Shown one piece after another: positions 43,820 through 58,024 of a stretch of DNA of 64,000 nt (positions within the stretch are counted from its first letter, which is position 1; every line of letters starts with the position of its first letter). The notes under the pieces are model-generated. The model searched no databases and was not told the DNA's origin. It saw only the letters and a program-made list of their open reading frames with translations. The translations under genes were made by a program, and so were the position numbers. Location: assembly GCF_009914755.1 (NCBI RefSeq), contig NC_060932.1, one strand, 5' to 3'. Source of the DNA: the human T2T-CHM13v2.0 reference genome, Homo sapiens.

Positions 43820-44200
43820 TGATATGATTTGGCTGTGTCCCCACCCAAAATAGCCTCTTAAATTGTAATCCCTATAATACCCATAACCCCCAATGTCAAG
43901 AAAAAGACCATGTGAAAGTAATTGAATGATGGGGGCGGTTCCCCCCTTGCTGTTCTCATGATAGTGAGTTCTCATGAGATCTGATGGTTTTATAAGTGTT
44001 TGGTAGTTCCTCCTGCATTCATTCTCCTTCCTGCTGCCTTGTGAAGAAGGTGCCTTGCTTCCCCTTCACCTTCTGCCATGACTGTAAGTTTCCTGAGGCC
44101 TCCCCAGTCATGCTGAAATGTGAGTCAATTAAAACTCTTTCCTTTTATCGATTATCCAGTCTTAAGCTTCTTTATAGCAGTGTGAAAATGGACTAATACA
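43820..44200 (+). mobile_element. THE1 (THE1C/D-like) MaLR solo LTR
   Basis: TGATATGATTTGGCTGTGTCCCCACCCAAA ... GCAGTGTGAAAATGGACTAATACA; 5-bp TSD GTAAC/GTAAG. Confidence 0.95.
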
Positions 44201-44509
44201 GTAAGTAATTATATTTGCTTTAACTGCTATTTTCTAATACAATTGCCAGTTCTTTCCTTCAATTTTATTTTCTTGAAATATTTATCATGCAATTCATTTT
44301 AACCTATGTATGCCTTTGTTTGATGTGTGTCTTTTGTTGACAATAGTGTGTAGGATATTAGCAAAAAATACCTCAAGTTAATCTATTTCTCTTAATAAAT
44401 GTGTGAACATATGAATTAAATTTAAAAACGTGAATACTTCTACCTTGTAGAATATTATTTACTAAGGTTTAATGTCTATGTACAGTTATATTAATACAAT
44501 ACAAGAATA

Positions 44510-45094
44510 TGGAAATTCCTTAAAGAACTAAAAGTAGAACTACCATTTGATCCAGCAATCCTGCTACTGGGTATCTACTCAAAGAAAAAGCAGTCATTAT
44601 ATGAAAAAGACACTTGAACATGTGTGTTTATAGCAGCATAATTTGTAATTGCCAAAATATGAAACCAACCTAAATGCCCATCAACCAACAAGTGGATAAA
44701 AAAATGTAGTATATACACCCCATGGAATACTACGCAGCCATAAAAAGGAACAGAAGAATGACATTTGCAGCAATTGGATGGAATTGGACACCATTATTCT
44801 AAGTGAAGTAACTCAAGAATGAAAAACCAAATATTGTATAGTCTCACTTACAAGTGGGAGCTAAATTATGAGGATGCAAAGGCATGATAATGATATAATG
44901 GACTTTGGGAATTTGGGAGAAAAGATGGAAAGAGGGTGAGGGATAAAAGACTATATACATTGGGTACAGTGTACACTGCTTGGGTGCTGTGTTCACCAAA
45001 ATCGCAGAAATCACCACTTAAGAACTTATCCACATAACCAAAAACCACTTCTTCCTCCAAAACTATTGAAATAGGATAAAATTTTAAAATTATG
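44510..45094 (+). mobile_element. L1PB1-like 5'-truncated insertion
   Basis: GAACTACCATTTGATCCAGCAATCC...TTGGGTACAGTGTACACTGC...AAATCACCACT; TSD AATAC(A/C)ATACAAGAATA at 44493-44509 and 45095-45111. Confidence 0.93.
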
Positions 45095-45707
45095 AATACC
45101 ATACAAGAATAAAAGACAATTTTTTAACTTGATAAAAGTTATATGATAAAAATCTAAAGCAAGTATTATACAGTTAATATAAGAAAAAATAGTTTTAATA
45201 TTAGGAACATGACAACTCTTCCTATTATATTTGTGTATCTAAAGTAACAAAAATTCTAAAAGCTGTAAGAATTGAAATATAAATTATAAAAATATTATTT
45301 GAAAAATATTATTATCTATATTTTATAATGAGCTCAAGAAGTTTGATGTTTTCAATCAAACTATAGAAATCAATAGTGTTTCTTTACAACAATAAAACTA
45401 AACATGCATTAAAATAATATTCTATTCAGAGTAGTCACAAACTATTAAATATTTTAGAATACAATTTAAAAATATTAAAAATGCAGTAATTAATAAATTA
45501 AAGTTATTTGAGAATTCTGGTATTGGATACCCTAGAGGTAACAGAATCAGTGCACGTAAATTGAAATACATATATAAAAAATTAATGTTCTGTCAGTAAA
45601 TTACAGACAAAAACCATGTGAAATACATAAAAGGTCTGTCCCAAAGAGATGAGGTTAAAAGATAATAAATAAATAAAAGCTTACATAAATACATTTAGAA
45701 ATCAACT

Positions 45708-45791
45708 AAGGAACGAAAGAAGAAAGGAAGGAAGGAAGGAAAGAAGGAACGAAAGAAGGAAGAAAGGGAGGGAGGGAGGAAGGGAGGGAAA
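45708..45791. repeat. GA-rich (GAAG/GGGA)n purine tract
   Basis: Read directly. Confidence 0.85.
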
Positions 45792-46729
45792 ATGTGTACT
45801 TGTATAAATGATGATAATATATAATCAATTAAGGAATTTAATTAACTACACCCTTTGTAATTGAGCCCATTCACCCAAAAAATAATAAAATTAGGTGAAG
45901 TACACATTTCGGCATTTTGTTTTGTCACTCAATGTGGAAACCTTCTTATTCAATGCAAATCAAATGATGTAACTTTAATTTAGTCGTTTTAATAGTTGAA
46001 TAATATTGATGGCATAAACTTACACTGAATAGCTGTAGCTAATAATTCTCTAAATTATGTGCTCTACAATGAATTCTGCCGTGTGTTTGACAGAAGTTAA
46101 AGGTAGTAGCTCTAGCCTAGTCTCCAGTTCCTTTTAGAGATAAACTGGAGTTTCTCCCCAAAATGTACTTCAATTTAGTAAACAATGGGTAGTCTACAGA
46201 AAGAACAACATTATATTATAAACTCCATGAAATATTTAGCTGCTGCTTAATATTGAATCCCCAGATCCTAGAGCATGATTGGTATAAAAGTATACACCCA
46301 TATTTGTTGAATAAACCAAAGGTCAAAATATATTATTGATGTTATCAGTTCTGAAAAGGAATAAACAGTTAGTTCAAGGAAAGAACAGCCAACTCAAGTC
46401 TTGATAATATATTCAAGTCACTAAACTGGCTCAAGAAAGCTTTAACCATGTAATGGTTGAGTGATCTTGGTTTGTAATTACTAGTACACTAATGTTTATG
46501 GACTTGCTCTATTTAAGGCTTAACAATGGGTTGTAATGCAGATGATATACTTCTCAGTCCTATAGTTTCACATTATTGAGTTTGGTTCTTAAAAAATGAC
46601 ATGCATAAATCCACATAATTAGGGAGAATTGGTTATTTCCTGCTTTTCATGAAGAAGGAACAGAAACATGTAGTCTAAAGCAGATTAGAAAATAAAATTT
46701 TCAGTGTTATTTTGAATTAAAGAATATTG

Positions 46730-47117
46730 CTGCAGCCATAAAAAATAATGAAATTATGTCCTTCACAGTAACATGGATGCCACCAGAGGATGTTATCCTG
46801 AGCGAATTGATGCAGGAACAGAAAACCAAATACTGCATATTCTCACTTATAAGTGGGCTAAAAATTGGGTATTCATGGACATAAAGATGGCAACAATAGA
46901 CAATGGGGACTACTGGGATGGGGAAAGAAGGGGAGGAGGTTTTGAAACAAACTATTGGATACTACGTTCACTACCTGGGTGATGGGATCATTTGTATCCC
47001 AAACCTTAGCATCATGCAATATACCCAAACCTGCACATATGCACCTTGAATCTAAAAATAAAAGTTGAAACTAAAAATAAATAAATACAAATAAAATTTT
47101 TACAGAACACAACAAAA
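46730..47117 (+). mobile_element. L1PB4-like 5'-truncated insertion
   Basis: GCAGGAACAGAAAACCAAATACTGCAT...GGATCATTTGTATCCCAAACC...AATAAAAGTTGAAA; TSD AAAGAATATTG at 46719-46729 and 47118-47128. Confidence 0.92.
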
Positions 47118-48039
47118 AAAGAATATTGAGAGTTCTATACTGTGACTAATTTCTAAATTTTTATTGTTCCTTCTTACGAAACCAATATGTGCTTCTAGAG
47201 ACTTTAGAACACTTAGGTAAACAATAACAACAAAAAGAAAAAATAATCTCTGATATTTAAAGAATACTATACGCCAGGTATTGTATATGTATTATTCCTC
47301 TCAGTGTTCATAAAAAACATGATTCATACACAATTATTTTTCTCACATAGGATAGAAAAGCAGGGAAGCTAAGACATTCTGCCTAAGGTCAAAATTATCC
47401 ATCCAGTGTAAACTTCTATACTTTTACTGAATTTTTAAAAACATAGTTATTTATAGAATGTTTTCTAAAACTTTCCAGCATCACATTTTTGATAGTGAGA
47501 AATGTTTTGTGCACATATTTTAATATTGCCAGTAGAGCACCTCTTAAATTTGTTTAAGTCATAGACCCAGAAATTGATTTCTTAAATACTTGTGGAATGT
47601 ATTTTCCTTTGTGCCTTTGAAATATGTACACATTTGAGTCCACGGGTAATTTATTTAGATAATATGTGGAAATTAAGTTAGATAACTATTAGAGCTGCAA
47701 GGAAACCTCAAAGGTACAAAATTAAAATGATAAAAGATTATTTAAGAGTTATAAAAAATACATTTCTTCCTGAATAATTATGGTGGATAGAAATAATTTA
47801 ATGTTTAATATTATGTTAATTTAGATATCAGCCACAAAAAATTAAAGAAGCAATATTCCAAGTAAAATCGACCGACTTTCTAAATGGAAATTATATGAGT
47901 ACTCACGGACATAAAGATGGCAACAATAGACAATGGGGACTACCGAGGAGGGGAAAGGAGGGCAGGAGGTTTTGAAACACAAACTATATTAAAATTATGC
48001 AAAATATACAATGTAGTTTGTGTAATAGAAAAATAAATA

Positions 48040-48298
48040 ACTTATAAATGATGTTCTATAATTCTTATGTGAATCATCTAAAATCGTCAACGCATAGAAG
48101 TAGACAATAGAATGTTGGCTATTAGGAGATGAAGAAAGGAGGATAAGAGGATTTGTTGCTCAATGAATATAAAGTTACAGCTAAGCAAGGTAAATAAGTT
48201 CCAGAGATCTGCTGTACAACATTTTACCTATAGTTAACAGTAAGATATTATATGCTTAAAAACGTGTTGAGGGTAGATCCCACATGAATTATTCTTAA

Positions 48299-48341
<43 letters not shown>

Positions 48342-48505
48342 CAATAAAAAGGCACAAGAAACTACTTATAGGTAATGAATATGCTTATTATGTTGAATGT
48401 GATCATGGTAACATGAATATATACATATATCTAGACTCATCAAATTGTATACATTAGTTATGTCCAGCTTTTTGAGTACCAATTACACTCCAATAAAGCT
48501 GAGGG
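48040..48505 (+). mobile_element. L1MB-like 3'UTR with internal (CA)n
   Basis: TAAGTTCCAGAGATCTGCTGTACAAC...GAGGGTAGATC...ACTCATCAAATTGTATACATTA...CAATAAAGCTG. Confidence 0.85.
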
Positions 48506-50039
48506 AAAATAAATGATTTTGTGTTACAGGGGATTAAAAAATAGAAAAAGTTAGGGAGAGATAAGTAGCAAAAGAACAAACAAGAAAACACAAAATTCTT
48601 AAAGTGAAAGAAACAGTAAACATGGAGAAAGAAGGCACAGTAAAATCACATTTATTAATTTGAAAATTTGAAGAATGTGGGAGTACTTTAAGTTATATTA
48701 CAAGAGGAATGTTAAAATGAAGATGAACAAGTTAAAGTAGAAGGTTTCAGGTTTCTAAAGAAGAATGGCAGAAACTAACATATAGAAAGGACTTGGTCTC
48801 AAAAGCAGACTGAAGAAAGCAATTCTTTATACAACTTACTGGATATCATCAGTTCCTCTGCTGAGATCAATTTTATTACTATGAAAAAGATTTGAAATAA
48901 TTTGAAATGTTTCTTTGCAAACCAGTGTTCTCAATATACAGGAAGAAAACAAGCCTGTAAGATGAAATACTTCTACCTGGTTAATAAATACAGAAATCGA
49001 TTCTTCCTCCATTGAAGTCTATCTTTTCCAATGGGACCAATCCACATGCAGATGCAAAGGCACTCATGTTTGGTAAGTCAAATGTGAATATAAAAATGAT
49101 ATATTTTGAGGAAGAAATTTATTGATGTATGTTATTAGGATTATATTTTTTATTAAAGATAGTGTTGGTAAGGCCTTTGAAATTTTGTGAAATATGATCA
49201 GAAATGTCTAGTAAAATCATGTCTCCTTCAATGATGGCTGAAACCCTAATTCCTGTTTGGATTAAGAGAGAAAGCAGGACTCAGGAAATGCATGGTAGAA
49301 GGCCAGAGAATTCATTCATTAGGCAGAGTAGAGTTGTTCATAGGTTTTAGTGAAATTTGAATACATTATCCCTTTAGATATCAACTTATAAATGGCAGTT
49401 ATGGATATTTTTCATCAATTTCAGCATTTTTAACCCCTGAATTATGAGGAGAGGGACAGATGTGCAGATTTGAAACTAGAAAAGTTAACATTTATTTGTT
49501 ATCTCTTAATTAAAAATATAAGTTGTGCTGCCAAAAATAATTTTGAAAAACACTGGTTTATTTAAATTATTGGTATGCATTTCTCACCACATTATAGACT
49601 TTATATGTACATATATCTAAATCACATTGTATATTATATATATTTTATAAAACATCCTTAATACTTAGCTATTATTTGAATTCTAAAGCAAAATGTAAAG
49701 AAGGACATTTGGAATACCATTGAACTATAAATTGAGGAACATTCAGTCTCTGCAACTTTTCTCCACCAGAAGAAATTAGGAGATGATTATTAGGAGATGA
49801 AGAAAAGAGGATAAGAGGATTTGTTGCTCAATGAGTATAAAGTTACAGCTAAGCAACGTAAATAAGTTCCAGAGATCTGCTGTACAACTGAGCTCCTGCT
49901 TTAGTTTCTGAGATTCAGTCTGGAGCTTGTAATCTAGAACAATTAACAATAAATACCCTTTGTGTATTTTTCTGTCTCTCACTCTTCAACGACATAATGG
50001 AATGCAATAGACCACTGGTTTTTCTGATTACATTCCGTT

Positions 50040-50150
50040 TAGTTGGACAGGATGTTTAATCACTGGGAGTCTTAATTCCATTATCTGTTATTCATGCCTA
50101 TTTTACAAGGATAGTTGGAGGATTAAATGTAAATGCCATGTAAAGTGTCT
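50040..50150 (+). mobile_element. MIR fragment
   Basis: GGATAGTTGGAGGATTAAATG...CATGTAAAGTG. Confidence 0.55.
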
Positions 50151-51831
50151 TCATCCTTTTTTAACAGTAGCATAATTATTATCACCACCTTTGTTTTTGC
50201 TGTTGTTAATTATTAGGGTGGGATTTGAACTTGCTCTAACAAGTTTTTCCCAAAACCCCCTTGATATCATGAAGAGTCTACATGTCAGGGTCCTATTTTC
50301 TCCACTGGCCATCTCTGATGCTTTCTGCCTAACTGGTTTCTGAGGCTTTGGCTTTTTTTCTTCTTCTGTCATTTTGTCTCCTTTCTTCTCATTGTGTAGA
50401 GCTCCTAGTACCAAATGAAACTTGCACTCTCATCTGTCACCTCCTTTTGACATTGAGCTTTCTCTCATGCTGGCCTGTATACATGGTAAAGTTGGGGTCT
50501 GGACCCAACCAATCATTTAGATCAACAAGGCACTGGGTCAGGCATTATCTGTCATATGGCTGCTGTACAATAGAGATTTTTATTCTGGCTGTTCGTAACT
50601 GTTACAAAAACATTTACTTTAAAATGATAATTTTAAACACAGTGCTCAATTAAGTGAGATGAGAATAATCTGTTTTCACTGCTGTGCATAAAATTGTTGA
50701 AATCTATAAAATTCAAGATAATCGTGTTTTTCTAACTAAGAAGGATCAACCATCATGCTGCTCCAACCCCCACCTTGCCTCCATGTGTCAGTGGTAATGG
50801 AAACACCACTTGGAAAAATATATATGTATAAAGAGTTCTTTTAAAAAACCAAACATTTTGTTTCTAGCATGTTCCAATGAATTTGTTTTTATGGGCTAAA
50901 ATCCTGAAGAAATTGACTCTGCACACCTCATTATAATTTTAAATCACTATAGCCCTTTGAAACCTTAAATTCTAGAGAGATAATCTATCATAATGCTGCT
51001 TTTAAAACCACATTAAAATATTGCTTGGGTTGCCAATATTTCTTTTGCTTGGGAAAATAAAATAAAATGAAAGTTGTATTATCAAGATTTTCCCTCACTG
51101 TTTTTAAGTTGTTCCATATTTACTTGGTAAGAAATCTTACCAAAGAAATTTTTTTCATCCATATTCAAGCCATCCTCCAACTTTTTCATCAAATGGCAGT
51201 CTCAAACAACATCTCACACAGCCTCTCTTTTTTGCTAAAGTGGTTCCACGTGGCAGCACAAAATACAGTTTAATTTTAAAGAAGGTAACAGAATATTGGC
51301 ATCAGCCAACTGTTGATGTCAAGAGAGAAAATGCAATAGAGGTTTGCCTGTTACTGAAGGAGCCTAAAGGTGGTTTCTAAATCCCATTTACTGTCTAAAA
51401 AAATGTAAATCCTAGTGCCATTATCAACAACAGTAAACAAGTTTCAAAGATTAGGTAAAGTCAGCACTTGAGCCCTTGAGGCTTAAAAAGACTTCTAGGA
51501 TGAACTGAAAATAAGAATGGAAAGCCTTTTGGAAAAAAAACAAAAAAACAAACAAAAAAATACAATCAGTTATATTTACCTTAAAACCAGGTTACAAATA
51601 ATAAATATATCACCAAATATAATTTTGTTCACTAGTTAAGATAATTCAGAATCCACTGGAAAATATTTTAAAAGAAAATGATCACTAATATTTAAAACAA
51701 CAAAGAAATAGATTTATCAATAATTCAAAAATCAGAAAATGACATTGTATTGTATAAAGAAAATATGTCTGGTACCTACAAGATGCATAGCTTCCATGAT
51801 ACCTTATTGGGTCTTCCATGTGCAAAAGTCC

Positions 51832-52180
51832 TGGTATGGATTGAATGTGTGCATCTCCCCAAAATTCGTATGTTGAAATCTTAACCCTCAAAGTATTAGG
51901 AGATAATGACAAGGGCTTTGCAAGATAATGAACTCAGGAGAATGGCACCCCCATGAATGGGGTTAATGCCCTTACAAGAAGAGATACTGGTGCTTTCCCC
52001 TCTCTCTGGTGTCTACCAAATGAGGATACAATATAAAAACAGCTGTCTGGAAAGTAGAAAGAGTGTTCTCATCAGACACTGGATCTACTGGCACCTTGAT
52101 CTTGAACTTTCAAGCCTCCAAAACCATGAGAAATACACATTTGTTGTTTAAGCAACCTTTTAGAAGCCTGAGCTAAGGCA
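51832..52180 (+). mobile_element. MLT1A-like MaLR solo LTR
   Basis: TGGTATGGATTGAATGTG...CCCCAAAATTCGTATGTTGAAATC...GGCACCTTGATCTTGAACTT...GCTAAGGCA; TSD AGTCC/AGCCC. Confidence 0.88.
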
Positions 52181-54199
52181 AGCCCCTTATGAAGTACTTT
52201 GTACACATAGGGAGATGGATCTTTTAAACAATGATGACCGCAGGAGACTGTACCAGGAATTGTCATTTGACACAATTCAGACATATTTAACCTGACCAAC
52301 AGCATGTTATGCAGCCCATTGAAGTAGTTCTACACAGCAGGATCACAGTGCAATAGATGGCGATGACTGTGGAAGAGGCCAACAAGCACCTCCACTCTTA
52401 AAATAATTCCCAAATGATTTCAGTGTATAGTCACATTGAAAATCCCTGAAATACCGCTAATTTATCAAAAGACATTTAAGAGCTAAAATATGATCTCCTC
52501 ATTTTAGAACCTTATTTTGACTCTCTAGTCCTGGAGTATTTGTTGACAGATTATAGTAATTCAAAGAAAAATATTACAAAGGCATTGTCGTCAAGAAACT
52601 TAACTTCTGAATTCTCCAGATTAATTGCAAACCCAAAATTATATTTAAAAAATTTAAAGTGTTCATTAGAAATAAGAGTATAATTTTGTGAGTAGAGAAT
52701 CAATTATTTTTTCATGTTAAATGAAAACAAAGTTTCATAAGAAAGTATCATATGAGATAAATTATGGAGGATACATAGGTTTTTACCAGATAGAGAGGAA
52801 AAGAACAGAACATAGCACCAAGCTGATGTATATGCAATTTATGAGTGTACATAGAGAACAATTTTCTGTTTGATTCAGAAGTTCTGAATTACAGAAAGGA
52901 AAAGAGAAGAAATAAAAGGAAAGGAAAAGAAAGAAAATACAAGAAAGGAAAGGAAAAACAAAAATAAAAGCTAGTAAATGCTAGATAGTGACACATCATT
53001 AACTGAAAGTGACTTTTCTTTCTCAGTTTTCTCATCTATGAAATAGATATTATAGTAATTGGGGAAAAGATTTCTTGTGAGAACTCACTGAAAAACAAAG
53101 ATAGAGTTTTTCATTTCACCAACAAACAAGTATGTCACCAACAAACAAGAGTCTCATTTTCCTTTCGAAAGAAGAAAAATACTGATGTAAGTTAACAGTT
53201 AATTATTAAACATAGTTTGGATGAGCTGTGAAAAGAATGGCTGGATAGAATGCTTGCTATATCCTGTGGTACAAATCCACTCTCACTTCTTTGATATAAG
53301 GATGGCAAGGTTTTAATATTTGAAGCAAAAGTAAATTCTAAGATATCCAAATTAGTCCTCTTAAGGAATTGGTGGTTTCTTCAATGTTTTTGGAAAGTAA
53401 AAATTTTCCAGTAAGTGCATGTAATTTTCTTTTGACTTTTGAGCTTTATTATAAAATCAGGGATATGTTCTATTAAACCAAAAGATTCATATGAATAAAT
53501 ATAAATTCATTCAAAAGGCAGCAAAAGATTCCTATTAATACATACATCTGTATTCAAAAGGCAGCAAATCTTCCAAAATCATGCATTTTGAAGGAGAACA
53601 TTTTCTGCTCAAATATTTACATAAATCTGAAATTTGACGTTGGTCCTGTAGAAGAGACTAATTCAACTAAATCCGTGGTATGTTTATTGGCTTCCTACCA
53701 TGAGTCAGGTACTTTAATACTTAATATAATTTAACATATAGATGTAGGTATGATTAAGAAGTAGATACAACTTCAAGGAATTCATGTATGTTAAGGAAAA
53801 AGAATTCCATTAATTACATAAATGTCAAAAATATAAATTCTACAAACTTTCTAAATTTTATACTCTATGATGTTGCATAATTGAAATCTTAAAGAGATAG
53901 AACTAACTACACAAATAATAAAATTAAACTATTAATTTTAATCAAATTTACAATTGTTTGAAACATTATATAATGTATATTTTTCTATTTTGTTATAAGA
54001 AATAAAACATAAGCAAACTTCCATAATGTTTTAAAAGTATGGTGAAATTTCAAACAACTTTATAACATTTTGCATGGCATTAAAAAATCTATATTTTTAG
54101 CTCAACATGTAGAAACAAGAAAATCACACAGAGCAAGAGTGACAGAAATGTAAGATGCTATGGAATTATAAAAGGTAAGCGTGTTTTCTTTTGCTGTCT

Positions 54200-54700
54200 T
54201 GGGTAATAACAGAATGCATTGGATAGGAAATAGCATTATTTGAACTACACTTTGTATGATAAAAGAGAAATAATAGGAATGACATACCTTAAACAGAGGA
54301 AATAAGTGTATTGAATCAAAGGCATGGACTTGCATGGCATGATCAGTGAGAGATGAGAAGTTCATCACGATTAGGGTAGAGGAGAGAATTGGCAAGAGAT
54401 AAAGGTGAAAAGATAAATTAGGCCAAATATTACGGGGTCTTCAATACCAAATTAAGGAGTTTCTATACCATTCTTCAGGAAACAGAGATTATACCAGAGA
54501 TTTGTGGGCACAGGAGCAGCATGGTTAGAATTCTGTTTGGGAAGAATAATGTTGACAAAAGTGAGAAGAATGAGTATAGGTTGGGAAAGAGCATTAAAGA
54601 TGCTTATGGCAACATTGTAGGTGAGAAATTAGGAGAGATTAAAAGGTGGCAGGAGGAAAGAGAAAAAGTTACTTACTGGAGATTGAAAACATCTAATAAT
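54200..54700 (-). mobile_element. Degenerate LINE-2 fragments
   Basis: Purine-rich reverse L2 character (TAAGGAGTTT...TTCTTCAGG...CATGGTTAGA). Confidence 0.45.
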
Positions 54701-56074
54701 GTTTTAAAACAAGCTCATTAATAGTAATTATTATATTTAATTAATTATATTCTAAGAAGAATCTTATTTGAGAAAGAAATGTAAAAGGTATTTCGCTCAA
54801 CAATCTACACCTCTAAAATAGCAAGTCAACCACATATTTTTATTAATCATCCACCAGTACCTCTCTATTGTCAGGAAAATTATGTAATAACCTCTTCTTT
54901 CTCATTTATCTTTCATGATGTGCGACACATTATTTCTAGGTTTTTATTGTTTTCTTGATTTTTATGAGCCTATTGGTTATCTATGTACAATGTCTTTGTG
55001 TATTGTGGCTATCTAAATTGCATTTTAGTATGCCAATTACAGTGGAAAATGAACTGGAGAACTCTTCAGGTTATCCTTTAGCAAAATTCAAAATATAAAG
55101 GAATGATAGAATAAGTATTATAGTAAAGTAGCCAACAGAAGTAATAAATACAACCATATAAGAAACAATTAAAAGGTAAATTTATTTTAGGAAAAGAGTG
55201 GTAATATTAATATAGTGAGTTTTATTGTGTGTACTCTTTTAGATTAGATCAACATATTAAATTTTACTCACCCCCATAAGAGGATGGGAAATTTCAAGAT
55301 GGGAAAATTTCTGAGCTGAATTGGTTTAATGAAGATGGATAGAGTAAGTCTCAACTTTGAGATTATAGTCATATATTTTCTGTGATAGTAAAGTATCACA
55401 TTATTAATTTGTTACAGATATAACATGTCAAAATCATCCACTAGGAGCTACATAGATTATTTAATCATGATCCATTAATATAATTATATAATTAACTGGA
55501 TTTTTAATCTGATAAGTCTGTAATAAGCCATGTAAACAGCAGCAATGAGGAAATTCTGTAGTCTGCAAGCGCATTCATATTTGCCAAACAAAAAGTAAAT
55601 TCTTCATCTTTCATGGCTTGTGCTGTTATCTACATTCTGTTTCTACAATAATTAAAAATGAAAGAAAGATATCACATTACTTTCTTGTTTGGATCTTCTC
55701 AATAATTGGAAAATATGTAATGGTTTTAATCAGGAGTAAAGTCATATTTGTAATTTTGGAAGATTGTAATGTTGACAAATATGTATTAGGAGGGGTTAGA
55801 CTAAAGTATAGGGATAATATACGAGACTATTTCAATGAAGGATGAAGAAAGGGCTAAGGAACTGTTAGGAATTTAGAAATTGGAAATTGTTTAAGGGGAG
55901 ATCACTATAACTTGTTATTTTATGAGCCACATGGGTTAAAGGCTAACCTCCACAACAGTATCACTAATAGGGTTGACAGAAGGTGGTGCAGATTTAGTGG
56001 AAACATAGTATATTATTTGACTTAAAGATTTCCACAAAAATTACAAAAATAAAGGATAAGATATGATATTGAGC

Positions 56075-56230
56075 TTCACCAATCAAAAGTATAATATGTG
56101 GACCAGCAGCATTAGAGTCCCCTGGGAGTTTATTAGAACTGTAGAATCTCAAGTTCCACCCTAGAAATACTGAAATGGAATCTGAATTTTACAAGATTTC
56201 TAGGCCATTCATATTTGGGAAGCCTTGCTA
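56075..56230. mobile_element. MER5A (hAT-Charlie)
   Basis: GGACCAGCAGCATT...CCTGGGAGTTTATTAGAA...AGAATCTC...TACTGAA...GAATCTGAATTTTACAAGAT. Confidence 0.75.
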
Positions 56231-56899
56231 TAGAGAATGTGTTCATATTGCTGTAGAGGGACGTGGCAGATATGAACCAGGTGGTCACGAAAGTTCTTCC
56301 TTGACCACAGATTTTGAAGAAACCTAATAATATCCAAGGGCTTGAATTACATGAGAGTTCCTCATTGCTAGTTCTCAGAAAGAGTATGCTTTTGACAAAT
56401 TTTTTACCTATCTACAACAAAAGTAAAATGACTTTTATAAAACAAATATATTACTTTTTTGGTGTTAAAATGAAATGGCTTAATTATGTTTTATAATTGT
56501 TATTTTAATAATTTTATTTGTCCAAAAATAAATTGGTAATCTTAAAACGGTGAAAGATAAATTGTGCAATATGATATCTTTTTTGGTAAAAATAAACTGT
56601 ATGTTTTACATTTGCAGAATCATGTTTGACTAAGATGTTGTAAATGAACTTCTTGTAACAAAAAAGCCATTTGAACACAAATTACTGAGCATCACTGGTC
56701 GGAGAGATCATTTATCACTTCTTAATAAATGATCAGACAATGACCTCAAACCTACGTAAGTCTAAAACAGGGCTTTGAGTTGCTGCTAAAGTGACAAATT
56801 TGAAAATCTGATTCACTGTAATGAAGATTGAAAACATAGGTACAAAAACTGAATGTGAGAAACTGAGTGACTAGCCCGCTTATCCAAGACCCTTAAGAG

Positions 56900-58020
56900 G
56901 TCTGTGGTTATCTGAAGTTAATCGTGGTCTCTGGTTATCGGTAAAGGCATAAATCAGCTCTCTTTAAAATAGCTTTCCTAAACTAGGCACAAGTGATTTT
57001 TCAGATTAAGATTCAGCAGAAAGCTCATAATTTAAGATAGTACAAAGCAAGAGCTTGTATGTGGAGAATTAATAAATAAGAAATGTAGTCACCACAACAA
57101 CTGTAGTTATTGGAGTTTTCAGAATGAGAATATAGCAAAATTTTCTATGAAATATAAAAAGACAGAAAATTTAATATAAGATAAATATATAATAAAAACT
57201 ATCTGAAAAGAAAAGAGATTTGGGGAAAAATTAGAACTTCTACGTATGAAAAACATAACTATTAAAAGCATACTACATGTTAAACTGATGATTAAATGCA
57301 GTTGAGAAGATAATTCATGAGATGGAAAATACAATTGAACAAATTAACCCTTAGGGAATAAAAATAAAAATAAAGAAATTAAAGTATATACAAAAAAATC
57401 TGGACAATATCAAATAAGATAGAATAAGAAGGTTGAGCATTCATCTAATAAGAAGCTCGTAGGAAGAGACAGAATGAATGAGATATACTATTCAAAGATA
57501 CAATGAGTACAAATTTTTCAAAAATTTTCTTGGAATTTTAATGAATATCAAGCAGAATAAAACAAATAAAATCTTATGTGAACATATTTTGGAGAAATTT
57601 CTAAAGAACAAATGCAAAGACAAAAACTTAAAAGACTCAGATAAAAACATTGAGAGTGATAAACTTACTATAACTAGAGAGATATATAGATGATAGATGA
57701 TAGATAGATAGAGATGGATGATAGAATGGAATGACAATTTAGAGATTTTAGAAACGTTAAAAAATGTTAAGTAAAAATCACTGCCAACATAATATTGTAA
57801 ACTCGAGAAAATACAAGAGTGAAAAGCAGATTTTACAGATAAAGGAGAGAAAGAGAAAGATTGCTGAAAATAGAATTATTCAAAGAATTTTTACAAAATG
57901 CTCTGTAAGAAGAAAAATCAAGAAATATAGTCTTAATTACAGAAAATAATATAAATAAATGCAACCTTAAATATGAACATGCATAAATACTAACATTCTT
58001 TCTTGCAAAGAAAAAAAACA
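56900..58020 (+). mobile_element. Very old L1M ORF1-region remnant with (GATA)n at about 57676-57724
   Basis: A-rich degenerate L1 character; microsatellite read directly. Confidence 0.45.
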
Positions 58021-58024
58021 ACTA

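Noticed and set aside
50151-50414. Minus-strand ORF with a charged stretch (KMTEEEKKPKPQKPVRQKASEM), a possible retrocopy or exon
   Set aside because: No recognisable homology, no poly(A)/TSD and no convincing splice sites; compatible with chance in purine-rich sequence
56278-56700. Possible hAT (Charlie/MER113-like) relic
   Set aside because: Termini too degenerate to support a call by eye
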